Assembly: GCF_042688385.1 (NCBI RefSeq) | Contig: NZ_JBHUPY010000007.1 | Coordinates: 2,110 to 66,109 of the forward strand | Direction of reading: 5' to 3' | Source: Herpetosiphon sp. NSE202 | GTDB taxonomy: Bacteria > Chloroflexota > Chloroflexia > Chloroflexales > Herpetosiphonaceae | DNA: 64,000 nt | In this document: positions 26,424 through 36,135 of the stretch, in pieces | Position numbering within the stretch: the first letter of the stretch is position 1 | Layout: every line of letters begins with the position of its first letter | Notes under the pieces: generated by a model | The model's input: only the letters and a program-made list of their open reading frames with translations | The model's database searches: none | Told to the model about the DNA's origin: nothing | Made by a program: the position numbers and the translations under genes

Positions 26424-27143
26424 ATGATGACTGATTTTGCTGATGAAAACAAGGATCGCCAACTGCTTGATGCCATTCGTGGCCGAGCCTCGATGGAAGA
26501 TATTGCTAATCTGCGCAGCCCTGAAGTCAGTACACCTGCGGCAGCAATCGAGGCGCTAAAACTGGGCAACGAACGCTTTTTTAGTGGCGAAACCCAGCGC
26601 ACAGTAGTTAGCGTCAATCAACGCCGCTCGCAAATTATTAGCCAAACCCCATTTTCGGTGATTCTTGGCTGCTCGGATAGCCGCGTACCACCGCAGATGA
26701 TTTTCGACTGTAATTTGGGCGATTTGTTTGTGGTGCGGGTAGCAGGCCAAATTGTCGATCAAGCAACCCAAGGCAGCATTGAATATGCGATCTCGCATCT
26801 TAAGTGCAAGTTGATTGTGGTGATGGGCCATGAAGGTTGTGGCGCAGTGAAAGCAGCGCTTGCCAGCGACGAGCAAATTGCCAAAGAATCAGCCAATATT
26901 CGCTACCTGATCGACCAAATTCGGCCTGTGTGCCAGCGCTTGCCTGCAATTCGCGACGAAAAAGCTCGCATGCGTGAGGCCGTAACCCAACATGTGCGCG
27001 CCCAAGTAGCGCTTTTACGCCAAAATCCGGTTGTGGCGGCCTACGAAGCGGCTGGTACCATTGCCGTGATTGGAGCCTACTATGAGATTGGCAGCGGTGC
27101 TGTTGATTTCTTCGTCACCCCCGATGAACTAGCGTTTGATTAG
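26424..27143 (+). CDS. Beta-class carbonic anhydrase
   Basis: GCSDSRVPPQMIFDCNLGDLFVVRVAGQ and VMGHEGCGAV are the beta-CA zinc-ligand motifs (Cys/His/Cys). Confidence 0.9.
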   Translation: MMTDFADENKDRQLLDAIRGRASMEDIANLRSPEVSTPAAAIEALKLGNERFFSGETQRTVVSVNQRRSQIISQTPFSVILGCSDSRVPPQMIFDCNLGDLFVVRVAGQIVDQATQGSIEYAISHLKCKLIVVMGHEGCGAVKAALASDEQIAKESANIRYLIDQIRPVCQRLPAIRDEKARMREAVTQHVRAQVALLRQNPVVAAYEAAGTIAVIGAYYEIGSGAVDFFVTPDELAFD

Positions 27144-27195
27144 CAGCGCGGGGAAAAGAACATAGAGCAAAGATGTATCGGTACATTGCGTTAAC

Positions 27196-27336
27196 CACCG
27201 TCTGATCCCCTCACCCCCTAGCCCCCTCTCCCGTCGAACGGGCGAGGGGGAACCACGGAGTCGGTGCTCCCCTCGCCCGCGTTCAGTGGGAGAGGGGCTG
27301 GGGGTGAGGGCATGCACCTGGTTGCCAATCCAATGA
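27196..27336. repeat. PE-family element plus 'gcatgcacctggttgccaatccaatg' tail (direct-repeat partner of 26190-26330)
   Basis: See 26190-26330. Confidence 0.8.
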
Positions 27337-27453
27337 ACCAGTACACCTATATTCTATGTTCTTTGCTCTCCTGCCCCTTCATTTGCACAATGGAGTGCTA
27401 TCCGTAATAATGCAGCGTTAAAGCTACTCCAGTCATGGAAGGACACCTCGGAT

Positions 27454-28338
27454 ATGCCTTCGCCAGTGCCAGATGGACACGTTCGCGGCGCGTTGCTGCC
27501 AATTGGCGGTGCAATGGATTTGCAGCGCAGACGGTTAATTTTATTACGCTTCTTCGACCTAGCAGGCGGCACCAATGCCCGCATCGTGGTTATTCCCACT
27601 GCCTCGGAACTGCCTGATGGTGGCCGCGAATACCTTGAGGTCTTTGGCAATTTAGGCGTTGCCAGCGTCGATCTGCTGCCAGTGCGCGAACGGATCAACG
27701 CCAATGATCCCAAGGCGCTGGAAATTATTTCCCACGCAACGGGCATTTTCATGACCGGCGGCAATCAATTGAAGCTCACAGCGGTGCTTGGTGGCACACC
27801 AGTTGCCACTGCTATTCGGCGAGCTAACGCGCGGGGGGTTCCGGTGGCGGGCACCAGTGCAGGTGCTTCGGCGATGAGCGCCCATATGATTGCCTATGGA
27901 GCGAAGGGGCTTGTGCCACGGTATGGCATGGTCCAGTTTGGCCCAGGCCTTGGGCTAACTAATCGCGTCGTGCTTGACCAACACTTTGGCGCACGCCATC
28001 GGCTTGGGCGATTAATTGCGGCAGTCAGCTTTAATCCATTTCTGATTGGGCTAGGCCTCGATGAAAACACCGCCGCCGAGATCGATGATGATCATCTGAT
28101 GCAGGTGATTGGCGAAGGCTCAGTGACGGTGGTCGATGGCGCTGGCATTACCTATAGCAATATTCACCAGCTGAAAGTTGGCCAAAAAGAGGCCATCGTT
28201 GGCGTAAAATTGCATGTGCTGACCCGTGGTTGGTCGTATGATTTGATCAAACGCGAGGTCATTCCGCCAGTGGTGATGCCGCCCTTGCCTGTGGCTCCAC
28301 GGCTTGAGCAACCAGCTGCCGATAGCGATATTGTCTAA
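27454..28338 (+). CDS. cphB: Cyanophycinase (peptidase S51)
   Basis: LLPIGGAMD..., GTSAGASAM is the catalytic Ser motif of S51 cyanophycinase. It lies upstream of cphA. Confidence 0.85.
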   Translation: MPSPVPDGHVRGALLPIGGAMDLQRRRLILLRFFDLAGGTNARIVVIPTASELPDGGREYLEVFGNLGVASVDLLPVRERINANDPKALEIISHATGIFMTGGNQLKLTAVLGGTPVATAIRRANARGVPVAGTSAGASAMSAHMIAYGAKGLVPRYGMVQFGPGLGLTNRVVLDQHFGARHRLGRLIAAVSFNPFLIGLGLDENTAAEIDDDHLMQVIGEGSVTVVDGAGITYSNIHQLKVGQKEAIVGVKLHVLTRGWSYDLIKREVIPPVVMPPLPVAPRLEQPAADSDIV

Positions 28339-28463
28339 ACCTTGGTGCGTTAGCCGCTCGTGGTACAATACGGCGCAACGTGGTTCAACGCTGCGCCACC
28401 CACTTTCCCTATTTCCCCAAAATTCTCGCCTACCCATTGCCACTATTCTGTGGAGGTTTCCCG

Positions 28464-31148
28464 ATGAAAATTCTCGACACGCGCGTCTATCGTGGGCCGA
28501 ATTATTGGTTGTATAAGCCAGCCATCAACATGACGATTGATCTGGAGGAACTTGAGGCTTATCCAACCGATGTATTGGGTGATTTTGTTGATCGGTTGTT
28601 GGCGCTCGTGCCAAGTCTCGATGATCATCATTGTTCGTTGGGACGACCAGGTGGCTTTGTGGAGCGGCTGCGCAATGGCACATGGCTTGGGCATGTGATG
28701 GAGCATTTGGCGCTCGAATTGCAGTGTTTGGCTGGAACCTACGTCACCCAAGGCAAAACCCGTGGTACTGGCCAAGAGGGGCGGTATTTTGTTATTTTTC
28801 AATATGGTCAAGAGGATGTTGGCATTGAGGCCGCCAATTTGGCGCTGCGCTTAATTCAATTTTTGCTGCCAGCAGAATTGCCTTCAGCCATGCCCGCTGC
28901 CGACCGCGCGACCTTCGATCTGGTGCGTGAAAAGGAAGATCTGGCCCGTATGGCGGTGCGTTTGGCCTTTGGCCCTTCAACTGCTTCGTTGGTCAAGGCT
29001 GCCGAGGAGCGCGGAATTCCATGGTTGCGGCTCAACCAACATTCGCTGGTGCAATTTGGCCATGGCAAATATCAAAAACGGATTCAAGCGACGATTACCT
29101 CGCAAACCAGCCATATTGGGGTCGAAGTTGCCCAAGATAAGCAATTGACCAACAAATTGCTTGAGGATGCAGGCTTGCCTGTGCCGCGCCAACGCGTGGT
29201 ACGTTCAGCCGAGGGCGCGGTTGAAGCAGCGCGACGCTTGCGCTATCCTTTAGTGGTCAAGCCCTTGGATGCCTCGCATGGACGCGGGATTTCGATTGGC
29301 CTGACCACTGAGGCGGAAGTTGAAGTCGCGTTTGCTCAAGCCCAAGAGCATCGCTCATATGTGATTGTCGAAGAGTTAGTGCCTGGTAGCGATCATCGGG
29401 TGTTGGTGATTAATGGCGAGGTTGTCGCGGTTTCAGAGCGTGTGCCGGGCCATGTGGTTGGCGATGGTCAACACACGGTCGCCGAATTAGTCGAGATCGT
29501 CAATAGCGATCCACGGCGCGGCGTTGGCCACGAAAATGTTTTGACGCGGCTTGAAATTGATCATCAAGCTGAACGCTGCATGGAAAAAGCTGGCGTGAGC
29601 TTGGAAACGGTGCTTGAGGCAGGCCAATTGCTCTATTTGCGCTCAACAGGCAACCTTTCAACTGGCGGCACGGCGATCGATCGCACCGATATGATTCATT
29701 ATGAAAATGCCCAAATTGCGATTCGCGCCGCTAAAATCGTGGGCTTAGATGTGGCTGGGATCGATTTTATCATTCCCGACATTAGCCGTCCGGTCAGCGA
29801 AGTTGGCGGCGGAATTGTTGAAGTTAATGCAGCGCCAGGCTTTCGCATGCACGTTGCCCCATCAGAAGGCACACCACGCGATGCTGCAGGCCCAGTCATC
29901 GATATGTTGTTTCCGGCAGGCACGCCCAGCCGCATACCCTTGGCTGCATTAACTGGCACCAACGGCAAAACCACCACCGCCCGCATGACCGCTCACATTC
30001 TCAAAATGGCGGGCTACCACGTTGGCATGACGAGCACCGATGGCATTTATATCGATGGCGAGCGCGTGTTGCGCGGCGATATGACTGGGCCAAAATCGGC
30101 GCGCATGGTGCTGCGCGACCCAACCGTTGACGCAGCAGTGCTTGAAACAGCGCGGGGCGGCATTTTGCGCGAAGGCTTGGGCTACGACGAGGTTGATGTT
30201 GGGGCAATTCTCAATATCAGCGCTGATCACCTTGGCCTGCGTGGGATCGATACGCTTGAAGAAATGGCCAAAGTTAAATCGCTGATCATCGAAGTGATCA
30301 AGCGTGATGGCTGGGCCGTTTTGAATGCAGATGATCCGCTGGTGGTCAAAATGATCAAACGCACCCGTGCCAAACCCTTTTACTTCAGCTTTGACCCCGC
30401 CAATCCGTTGGTGCGCGAACAAGTGCAAAATGGCGGACGGGCGATTGTGGTCGAAAAAGGGGTCAACGGCGATATGGTGACGCTCTACGACAAAGGTCGG
30501 CATATTCCGCTTTTGTGGACGCACCTGATTCCTGCGACTTTGGAAGGCCGCGCTAAATTTAATGTTGCCAATGCCATGGCAGCATCAGCAATGGCCTATA
30601 GCTTGGGCATTAGCATCGAAAATATTCGCCAAGGCCTGCGCACCTTCACAACATCGTTCTACCAAACCCCAGGCCGTTTGAACGTTTTTGATGAGCATCC
30701 ATTCCGCGTGATTTTGGATTATGGGCATAATCCGGCGGCGGTCGGCAATCTGGTTGATGTGGTGCGCCAATTGCCCCGCGAAGGCAAAGCAATTTGTGTT
30801 ATTTCGGTGCCCGGCGATCGGCGCGAAGTTGATGCACGTGAGATTGGGCGCTTGCTCGGCTCAGGGGTGTTCGATCAGATTATCATCAAAGAAGATACCA
30901 GCTTGCGCGGACGCAAAGAGGGCGAAATGCCTGGCTACATTCGCGAGGGCTTGCTTGAGGCTGGCTTTGCTGAGAGCAATATTCAATACTATCGCCAAGA
31001 GCGCGAGGCCATTGCCTTGGCCTTAGATTCAGCACAGCGGGGCGATTTGCTGATGATTTTTGCCGATGAGCCAACCGATGCTTGGAAGCAAATTATCTAT
31101 TGGGGCAAGCCCCGCGATGCCCAAAGCAAAGTTGGACGCGTAATTTAG
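28464..31148 (+). CDS. cphA: Cyanophycin synthetase
   Basis: GGAGG sits before the ATG at 28464. MKILDTRVYRGPNYW is the canonical CphA N-terminus. An ATP-grasp region is followed by a Mur-ligase-like region (LTGTNGKTTT). Confidence 0.9.
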   Translation: MKILDTRVYRGPNYWLYKPAINMTIDLEELEAYPTDVLGDFVDRLLALVPSLDDHHCSLGRPGGFVERLRNGTWLGHVMEHLALELQCLAGTYVTQGKTRGTGQEGRYFVIFQYGQEDVGIEAANLALRLIQFLLPAELPSAMPAADRATFDLVREKEDLARMAVRLAFGPSTASLVKAAEERGIPWLRLNQHSLVQFGHGKYQKRIQATITSQTSHIGVEVAQDKQLTNKLLEDAGLPVPRQRVVRSAEGAVEAARRLRYPLVVKPLDASHGRGISIGLTTEAEVEVAFAQAQEHRSYVIVEELVPGSDHRVLVINGEVVAVSERVPGHVVGDGQHTVAELVEIVNSDPRRGVGHENVLTRLEIDHQAERCMEKAGVSLETVLEAGQLLYLRSTGNLSTGGTAIDRTDMIHYENAQIAIRAAKIVGLDVAGIDFIIPDISRPVSEVGGGIVEVNAAPGFRMHVAPSEGTPRDAAGPVIDMLFPAGTPSRIPLAALTGTNGKTTTARMTAHILKMAGYHVGMTSTDGIYIDGERVLRGDMTGPKSARMVLRDPTVDAAVLETARGGILREGLGYDEVDVGAILNISADHLGLRGIDTLEEMAKVKSLIIEVIKRDGWAVLNADDPLVVKMIKRTRAKPFYFSFDPANPLVREQVQNGGRAIVVEKGVNGDMVTLYDKGRHIPLLWTHLIPATLEGRAKFNVANAMAASAMAYSLGISIENIRQGLRTFTTSFYQTPGRLNVFDEHPFRVILDYGHNPAAVGNLVDVVRQLPREGKAICVISVPGDRREVDAREIGRLLGSGVFDQIIIKEDTSLRGRKEGEMPGYIREGLLEAGFAESNIQYYRQEREAIALALDSAQRGDLLMIFADEPTDAWKQIIYWGKPRDAQSKVGRVI

Positions 31149-31164
31149 ATCGCGGGATCAGTAG

Positions 31165-31745
31165 CAAGGTTCCCTCACCCCCCAACCCCCTCTCCCACTA
31201 GACGCGGGCGAGGGGGAGCACGCATTTTTACCGACTAATGGCGTAAGAACCATCGTTGACTCCCCCTCGCTCGGGCACGGGAGAGGGGTTGGGGTGAGGG
31301 GATCTTAACAACCGATCCCCAAATGTTCTATGTTCTATGTGTACTAGTTCATTAGGTTGGCAACCATGTCCCCTCACCCCCCAGCCCCCTCTCCCACGAA
31401 AACGCGGTCGAGGGGGAGCCGACCATGGTTCGCCAAGAAATTGCGTAAGAACCACGTGCTAAAGCCCTTCGCCTGCGCCACGGGAGAGGGGTTGGGGTGA
31501 GGGGATCTTAACAACCGATCCCCAAATGTTCTATGTTCTATGTTCTATGTGTACTAGTTCACTAGGTTGGCAACCATGTCCCCTCACCCCCCAACCCCCT
31601 CTCCCACGAAAACGCGGGCGAGGGGGAGCCGACCATGGTTCGCCAAGAAATTGCGTAAGAACCACGTGCTAAAGCCCCTCGCCCGCGCCACGGGAGAGGG
31701 GTTGGGGTGAGGGGATCTTAACAACCGATCCCAACCCCAAATATT
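31165..31745. repeat. About 2.7 tandem copies of a 210-bp composite unit (PE-family element plus 'gatccccaaatgttctatgttctatgtgtactagttcattaggttggcaaccatg')
   Basis: Copies are at about 31165-31366, 31367-31576 and 31577-31745 with over 90 percent identity. The array lies between the convergent cphA and rqcH genes. Confidence 0.85.
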
Positions 31746-33482
31746 CTATGTTCTTTTCTGCTCTTTCTTTGGCTCAACCCGCAAGGTACGTTCGGCGGTG
31801 TAACGCACCAAGCCTGGCGGGCCGCCTTTGATTTTGCGTACATGTTTGCGCAGCGAAATATCAACTTCAACCGCGCCATCGTTGCGCGCCGATGAATAGT
31901 AGGCTGCCAGTTGGGCTGCCTGTTCGAGCGTGCGTGGCGGCACGGTCGCCGCTTGCATACGAATGATCACATGGCCGCCAGTGCGTTCGCGGGCATGCAA
32001 CCAATAATCTTCTGGCTGACCAAGTTTGAAGGTCACTTCATCGTTTTGGTCGGCGCTACGGCCCACGAAAATTGTCCAGCCATCGGGCGAAATAACCCGC
32101 AATGGGCCACGGCCAACGCTCGAATTGGGCTTGTTCTTGGCTTTGCCAATGGTTTGGCGCAACCAGCCACCAGCAATCAACTCGCGCTCAAATTGCTCGA
32201 TTTCCGCAAAACTCTCGGCCAAACTTAGCAAATCGTTGGTTTGTTGCAAGTATTCTGCTTGGGCCTCGGTTTGCTCCAACAGCTGCGGCACATCTTCCAA
32301 CGCACCTTTGGCTTTGTCGTACTCGCGAAAACGGGCTTGAGCGTTCTCCACCGCAGACAATTTTGGGTCAAGCGTGATTACGCCTTGGTCAAGCAATAAT
32401 TCGCTTTGACCAGGCTTGATCGCGTAAATATAGCCAAAAATCATCTCGCCTTCCCAGCGCAATTGTTCAAGCTGTTCGACGCGCGCCAGTTGAGTGCGCA
32501 ATTGATCGGCCTTGGTTTTGGTGCGGCGTTGCGCTTCGGCCACCCGTTCGAGCAAGGCATCGCGGCGTTGCGCATGAGCCGTTACTTGATCAAGCTCGGC
32601 AAAGGCGGTCGCCAAAGCCTCGTTCATGCTTGGGTAGGCTTCGGTGTTTGCTTGGTGCTGCAAGGCAAAGGCGGCGATACCAATTGGCGTACCTTCGGCG
32701 TTGCGGGCTAAGGTTGGCTCAATCGTTGCGAGGCTGGTTAATTCGCGCAGCTGGTTGGCGATCTGCTCAAAATCAAGCGCTGGCGTAATTTCGACGCTGG
32801 TTGCACCAGTTGCGCGCCAAGCAATTTCGCGCCCAGTTTGCGGCGAAACCCCACTATATTCAGTTACCAAGGCTTTGGCCAAATCGCCGCCCAAAGCCGC
32901 AATCGCGGTGGCGGTTGCTATGCGTGGGTCGTTTTTGCCTTGGCTCGGTGGCCCTTCGTAGATACTGCGCGGCATAATTGGGCGCTGCGAACGTTGCGGG
33001 TTATAGTGGCGAATGCTTTCCAAAACCAAGCCATTATCATCAACCAAAATAATATTTGATGAATGGCCGATAATTTCTAGTACCAACTCACTATAACGCG
33101 GCGTAAGCATCACCTCATCGTCGTCATCGTCATCAGGCTCTAGTTCCTTGCGAGGAATTGGCATCTTGGCTATACTGAGCGAAATAACCCGTTCCAATGG
33201 CGCAGATTCGATCTTTGTGATTCGTCCGCCGCGAACATATTTGCGTAACAACAATAACAAAGGCGAATCGGCATTGGGGTCACGGGTTAGTTTGGTTGGC
33301 ACGGTATGCAGGCGGGCAAATTTGGCATTGGCCGAAAGCAACAGCTGGTGGCGCTGGCCATCGGCATAGACTTCAAAGCCCACACTATCGGGATTTGGCA
33401 AAACCACCTGTTGAATTTTGCCACCAACCAAAATCTGTAATTCAGCGACAATCGCTGCTACAACAAGCGCATCAATGTGCAT
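31746..33482 (-). CDS. rqcH: NFACT-family ribosome quality control protein (RqcH/FbpA-like)
   Basis: The ATG at 33482 has AAGGAG upstream. An N-terminal NFACT-N region is followed by coiled-coils and the C-terminal NFACT-R/DUF814 region (..GGHVIIR.., ..ISLRKHVRK..). Confidence 0.8.
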   Translation of the reverse strand: MHIDALVVAAIVAELQILVGGKIQQVVLPNPDSVGFEVYADGQRHQLLLSANAKFARLHTVPTKLTRDPNADSPLLLLLRKYVRGGRITKIESAPLERVISLSIAKMPIPRKELEPDDDDDDEVMLTPRYSELVLEIIGHSSNIILVDDNGLVLESIRHYNPQRSQRPIMPRSIYEGPPSQGKNDPRIATATAIAALGGDLAKALVTEYSGVSPQTGREIAWRATGATSVEITPALDFEQIANQLRELTSLATIEPTLARNAEGTPIGIAAFALQHQANTEAYPSMNEALATAFAELDQVTAHAQRRDALLERVAEAQRRTKTKADQLRTQLARVEQLEQLRWEGEMIFGYIYAIKPGQSELLLDQGVITLDPKLSAVENAQARFREYDKAKGALEDVPQLLEQTEAQAEYLQQTNDLLSLAESFAEIEQFERELIAGGWLRQTIGKAKNKPNSSVGRGPLRVISPDGWTIFVGRSADQNDEVTFKLGQPEDYWLHARERTGGHVIIRMQAATVPPRTLEQAAQLAAYYSSARNDGAVEVDISLRKHVRKIKGGPPGLVRYTAERTLRVEPKKEQKRT

Positions 33483-33565
33483 AGACGATTCTCCTTCATG
33501 GCTCAATCGTACTCAAGCATTGGCGGATCGTCAATAATTTAGCAACCCTTAGTTTAGGAGGCATT

Positions 33566-34198
33566 GTGTCACACCCAGAACTCAACCCGATTTTGCACAA
33601 CCAAGCTCCTGTGCCGCTGCTCGTCATTATTTCAGGCCCATCAGGGGTTGGCAAAGATACGGTGTTGATGCGGATGCGCGAATTTGGCATGCCCTTTCAT
33701 TTTGTGGTCACTACGACCAGCCGTGGCCAACGCCCAGGCGAAGTAGAGGGCTTTGATTATAATTTTATCTCCAAAGATGAATTTGAAACCATGATTGCCA
33801 ACAACGATTTGTTGGAGCATGCCGTGGTCTATGGCGAATACAAGGGCATTCCCAAATCGCAGGTGCGTGATGCGCTTGCCAGTGGCAAAGATGTAATTTT
33901 GCGGATCGACGTGCAGGGCGCTGCGACCATGCGCAAATTAGTGCCCGATGCAGTGTTGATCTTCATTGTGCCACCATCGAGTGCCGAATTGGCCAACCGC
34001 CTGCGCCTGCGCCGCACCGAATCGGCAGAAGGCTTAGAGCGGCGCATGGCCTTGGCCGAAGAAGAAATGGGCCGCGTCGATGAATTTGATTATGTCGTGA
34101 TGAACCCCGAATCACGGCCCGACGAAGCAGCAAGTATGATTCAAGCCATTATTCGGGCTGAAAAATCGCGCATTCGTCCGCGCCGAATTAAACTCTAA
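33566..34198 (+). CDS. gmk: Guanylate kinase
   Basis: LLVIISGPSGVGKDTV is the P-loop and TTSRGQRPGEVEGFDYNFISKDEF is the GMP-binding region. GTG start with AGGAGG upstream. Confidence 0.9.
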   Translation: MSHPELNPILHNQAPVPLLVIISGPSGVGKDTVLMRMREFGMPFHFVVTTTSRGQRPGEVEGFDYNFISKDEFETMIANNDLLEHAVVYGEYKGIPKSQVRDALASGKDVILRIDVQGAATMRKLVPDAVLIFIVPPSSAELANRLRLRRTESAEGLERRMALAEEEMGRVDEFDYVVMNPESRPDEAASMIQAIIRAEKSRIRPRRIKL

Positions 34199-34371
34199 AA
34201 CCTCGATTGGGCTTAATTGGCCAAACGTGGCTGGTTAAGCCCATTTCCTCAGCATCTCTTCATCAAAGTAGCACTTTCGGGCAAACCAAAAAACCTCTAT
34301 AATACTTATTAATCTATGCTCCACCGCAGGGTTGCATTGGAGTGTCTGTGTGGCTCCGAGGATTGAACAAC

Positions 34372-35217
34372 ATGACCACTGCATTGGTTACCGCCTCTAC
34401 ATCGAGCTTGCCAATGGAGCTTATTCAGCGCTATGGCATTGAATTAATTCCATTTACCATTCAGTTTGTCGATGGCAATCTGCGCGAAAGCGAAGATGTT
34501 TCACTCGATGAATTTTATCGCCGTTTAGTTCATGAAGATGTCATTCCGACAACTGCGCCTTCATCGGCAGGCCAGTTTATTAATTATTTTCGTCAACACC
34601 CAGCCGATGACATCATTGTGATTCATGTTGGGTCGATGCTGAGCCAAAGCTATGCCAACGCCATGCAAGCAGCTTCACGGGTTCAAGGCCGCATGATTTA
34701 TAACATCGATTCGCGCCAATTTGCGCTTGGCACCGGTTTATTGGTGCTCGAAGCCGCCGAAGCCATGGCCAACGGAGCTAGCGCCGCAGCGGTCGTTTCG
34801 CAAATCGAACATCAAATTCCGAATATTTTGACCGTGGCCTCACTCGAAACTGTGCGCTATTTGCGGCTGAGCGGTCGCTTGGGCCGCATCGGTGCAATGG
34901 CAGCTTCGCTCTTGGGTATCTACCCAATTTTGGGCCTCGACCGCAAAGGCCAAGCTGAAATGGTTGGCCGTGCTCGCTCACGCGCCGATTCGCTCACCAT
35001 GATGATTCAACAAGCAAAAGAGTTTGTGGGCAAAGCTAAAATTCGACGCATGGGCATTTTGCACACCAACGTGCAAGCAGAAGCAGAAGCCTTTGCCAAA
35101 CAGGTTGCCGAGCATTTCCCTGGCATTCCCTTGTTGATCTCCGATGCTGGCCCAGTTTTGGCTGTGCACGGCGGGCCGGGCGCATTGGGCATTTCAGTCT
35201 TGCGAGAAGAAGCCTAA
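34372..35217 (+). CDS. DegV-family fatty-acid-binding protein
   Basis: MTTALVTASTSSLPMELIQRYGIELIPF and the overall DegV layout. Confidence 0.8.
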   Translation: MTTALVTASTSSLPMELIQRYGIELIPFTIQFVDGNLRESEDVSLDEFYRRLVHEDVIPTTAPSSAGQFINYFRQHPADDIIVIHVGSMLSQSYANAMQAASRVQGRMIYNIDSRQFALGTGLLVLEAAEAMANGASAAAVVSQIEHQIPNILTVASLETVRYLRLSGRLGRIGAMAASLLGIYPILGLDRKGQAEMVGRARSRADSLTMMIQQAKEFVGKAKIRRMGILHTNVQAEAEAFAKQVAEHFPGIPLLISDAGPVLAVHGGPGALGISVLREEA

Positions 35218-35220
35218 ATT

Positions 35221-36105
35221 ATGCATTTGTTTCGGCGCGTGCCCAGCATTCACGATTTGGCGATGCGGCCACTGCTTGAGAGCGATCTCGCACCGCTCAT
35301 GGGTTTGCTTGAGCAAACTCCATGGGCTTCGCTTTCGATTCCTCACGATGAGTTTGGCCTAACCCTCAGCGATCAACTCAGCATTGTTTTGGAATACAAC
35401 GGCAAATTGTGGGGCTGCGTGCTGATGGGCTACGCAGTTGGTCCCATTGCTTGGATTCGCGCGCTGATCGTGCATCATTCGCTGCGCCCCGCCGATGCAG
35501 TAACGACCTTTTTGCAGGCCGCCGAAGGTTATGCCAAGGCCCGAGGTGTCGAGCGCTTGCTGCTGATGAGCGACGAACGCGATGCAAGCTGGCTCTTGCC
35601 GTGGGTCTTGCACGAAGGCTATCAGCAACAACTCGATGTCGTGGGCTATGAAAAACGGTCGATGCAGATTCCTGCTTGGGGCAATACTGGGGCGTGGATT
35701 CGCCCAGCAACGCATGCCGACGTGCCAATGATCGCCAAAATCGACGCTGCGGCCTTTGCCGCCGAATGGGTCAAAAGTAGCACAATTCTGGCTGGAGTTT
35801 TTCCAGTTGCGCCATTCTACATCGTGGCCGAACTTAATCAAACAATTGTGGGCTATGCCTTTGCAACCGTGCATCATGGCGGCATCATGGCCCATCTCGT
35901 GCGGATTGCGGTCGATCCGGCACTGCAAGGCCAAGGCATTGGGGTGCGGCTGTTGGCCGAATTGGTCGATTGGTGTAGTTTAAATGGCGTGCAGTTGCTT
36001 TCGCTCAATACCCAAAATACCAACCAACATGCCCAACGACTCTACGAGTGGTTTGGGTTTATGCGCAACGGCGAACGCCAAACTGTTTTAGTCAAAGATC
36101 TCTAA
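35221..36105 (+). CDS. GNAT-family N-acetyltransferase (two-lobed)
   Basis: The C-terminal lobe has VRIAVDPALQGQGIGVRLL...LYEWFGF, the acetyl-CoA-binding motif A. Confidence 0.7.
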   Translation: MHLFRRVPSIHDLAMRPLLESDLAPLMGLLEQTPWASLSIPHDEFGLTLSDQLSIVLEYNGKLWGCVLMGYAVGPIAWIRALIVHHSLRPADAVTTFLQAAEGYAKARGVERLLLMSDERDASWLLPWVLHEGYQQQLDVVGYEKRSMQIPAWGNTGAWIRPATHADVPMIAKIDAAAFAAEWVKSSTILAGVFPVAPFYIVAELNQTIVGYAFATVHHGGIMAHLVRIAVDPALQGQGIGVRLLAELVDWCSLNGVQLLSLNTQNTNQHAQRLYEWFGFMRNGERQTVLVKDL

Positions 36106-36135
36106 GCGTGGCTCTGTTTTCGGGAGGATTTTGAA

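Noticed and set aside
31165-31745. Possible CRISPR array, suggested by regular tandem repeats
   Set aside because: The period is about 210 bp with no unique spacers and no 28-37 bp repeats. The units are copies of the composite PE element. No cas genes are nearby.
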